Below, one piece after another: positions 52,086 to 52,197 of a stretch of DNA of 52,197 nt. The DNA is taken from the IMG/VR virus record IMGVR_UViG_3300011338_000521, positions 1 through 52,197 of that record; one strand, given 5' to 3'. Both the position numbers and the translations under genes were made by a program. This DNA comes from a virus. Its lineage: Duplodnaviria > Caudoviricetes. Each line of letters opens with the position of its first letter. Positions within the stretch are counted from its first letter, which is position 1. Under the pieces are notes generated by a model. The model saw nothing but the letters and a program-made list of their open reading frames with translations, was not told the DNA's origin and searched no databases.

Positions 52086-52197
52086 GTGCCTCTTTGTAGT
52101 TCTGCTACGGTGTATTCAGTATGGCAAATTTGTCTGAGCCATAGATCTCTATCTGTTTCATAAGGTTGGTCAATATCACTAAATCCAACTCCTACAG
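52049..52197 (-). CDS. 3' end of an upstream gene (possibly glycosyltransferase-like), truncated by the window
   Basis: Open frame ...DRDLWLRQICHTEYTVAELQRGTWLKRIEPALTK*, with ATGA overlap onto the next gene. Confidence 0.55.
   Translation of the reverse strand, partial: VGVGFSDIDQPYETDRDLWLRQICHTEYTVAELQRGTWLKRIEPALTK

Overview
This window is a fragment of a large, T4-like or jumbo tailed-phage genome. It is densely coding, almost entirely on the minus strand, and uses the standard genetic code. The host is inferred to be proteobacterial from sigma70-type promoters, AGGAG RBSs and proteobacterial-like IscU, IscA, ClpS, ClpX and NrdAB. Contents in order: a truncated UV-damage endonuclease (uvsE, missing from the ORF track); an amidinotransferase / 2OG-oxygenase / UDP-sugar dehydrogenase / glycosyltransferase-like cluster; a metallophosphoesterase; a clpS-hsp20-rpsU(bS21)-clpX block; an FG-GAP lipoprotein; DNA ligase; early-gene cassettes with repeated promoters; PAAR, Sm-like and glutaredoxin genes; nrdB and nrdA separated by a class II aldolase and a GH7-like lipoprotein; a tailspike-like gene split by one in-frame TAA; an exonuclease; iscA and iscU; putative head-packaged proteins including a nucleotidyltransferase + ligase-like fusion; a replication region (helicase, primase, miniature DnaE, clamp-loader subunit, UvsW) interleaved with radical SAM, sulfotransferase-like and SGNH-like genes; an AAA ATPase; a GGCT; and glycosyltransferases. 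The most notable signals are the GH7-like lipoprotein, the NTase-ligase fusion, a ROSE-type RNA thermometer on the phage hsp20, systematic leaderless promoter geometry, two unexplained structured RNA candidates and a 192-aa DnaE core. All calls come from reading motifs by eye; no database searches were run.
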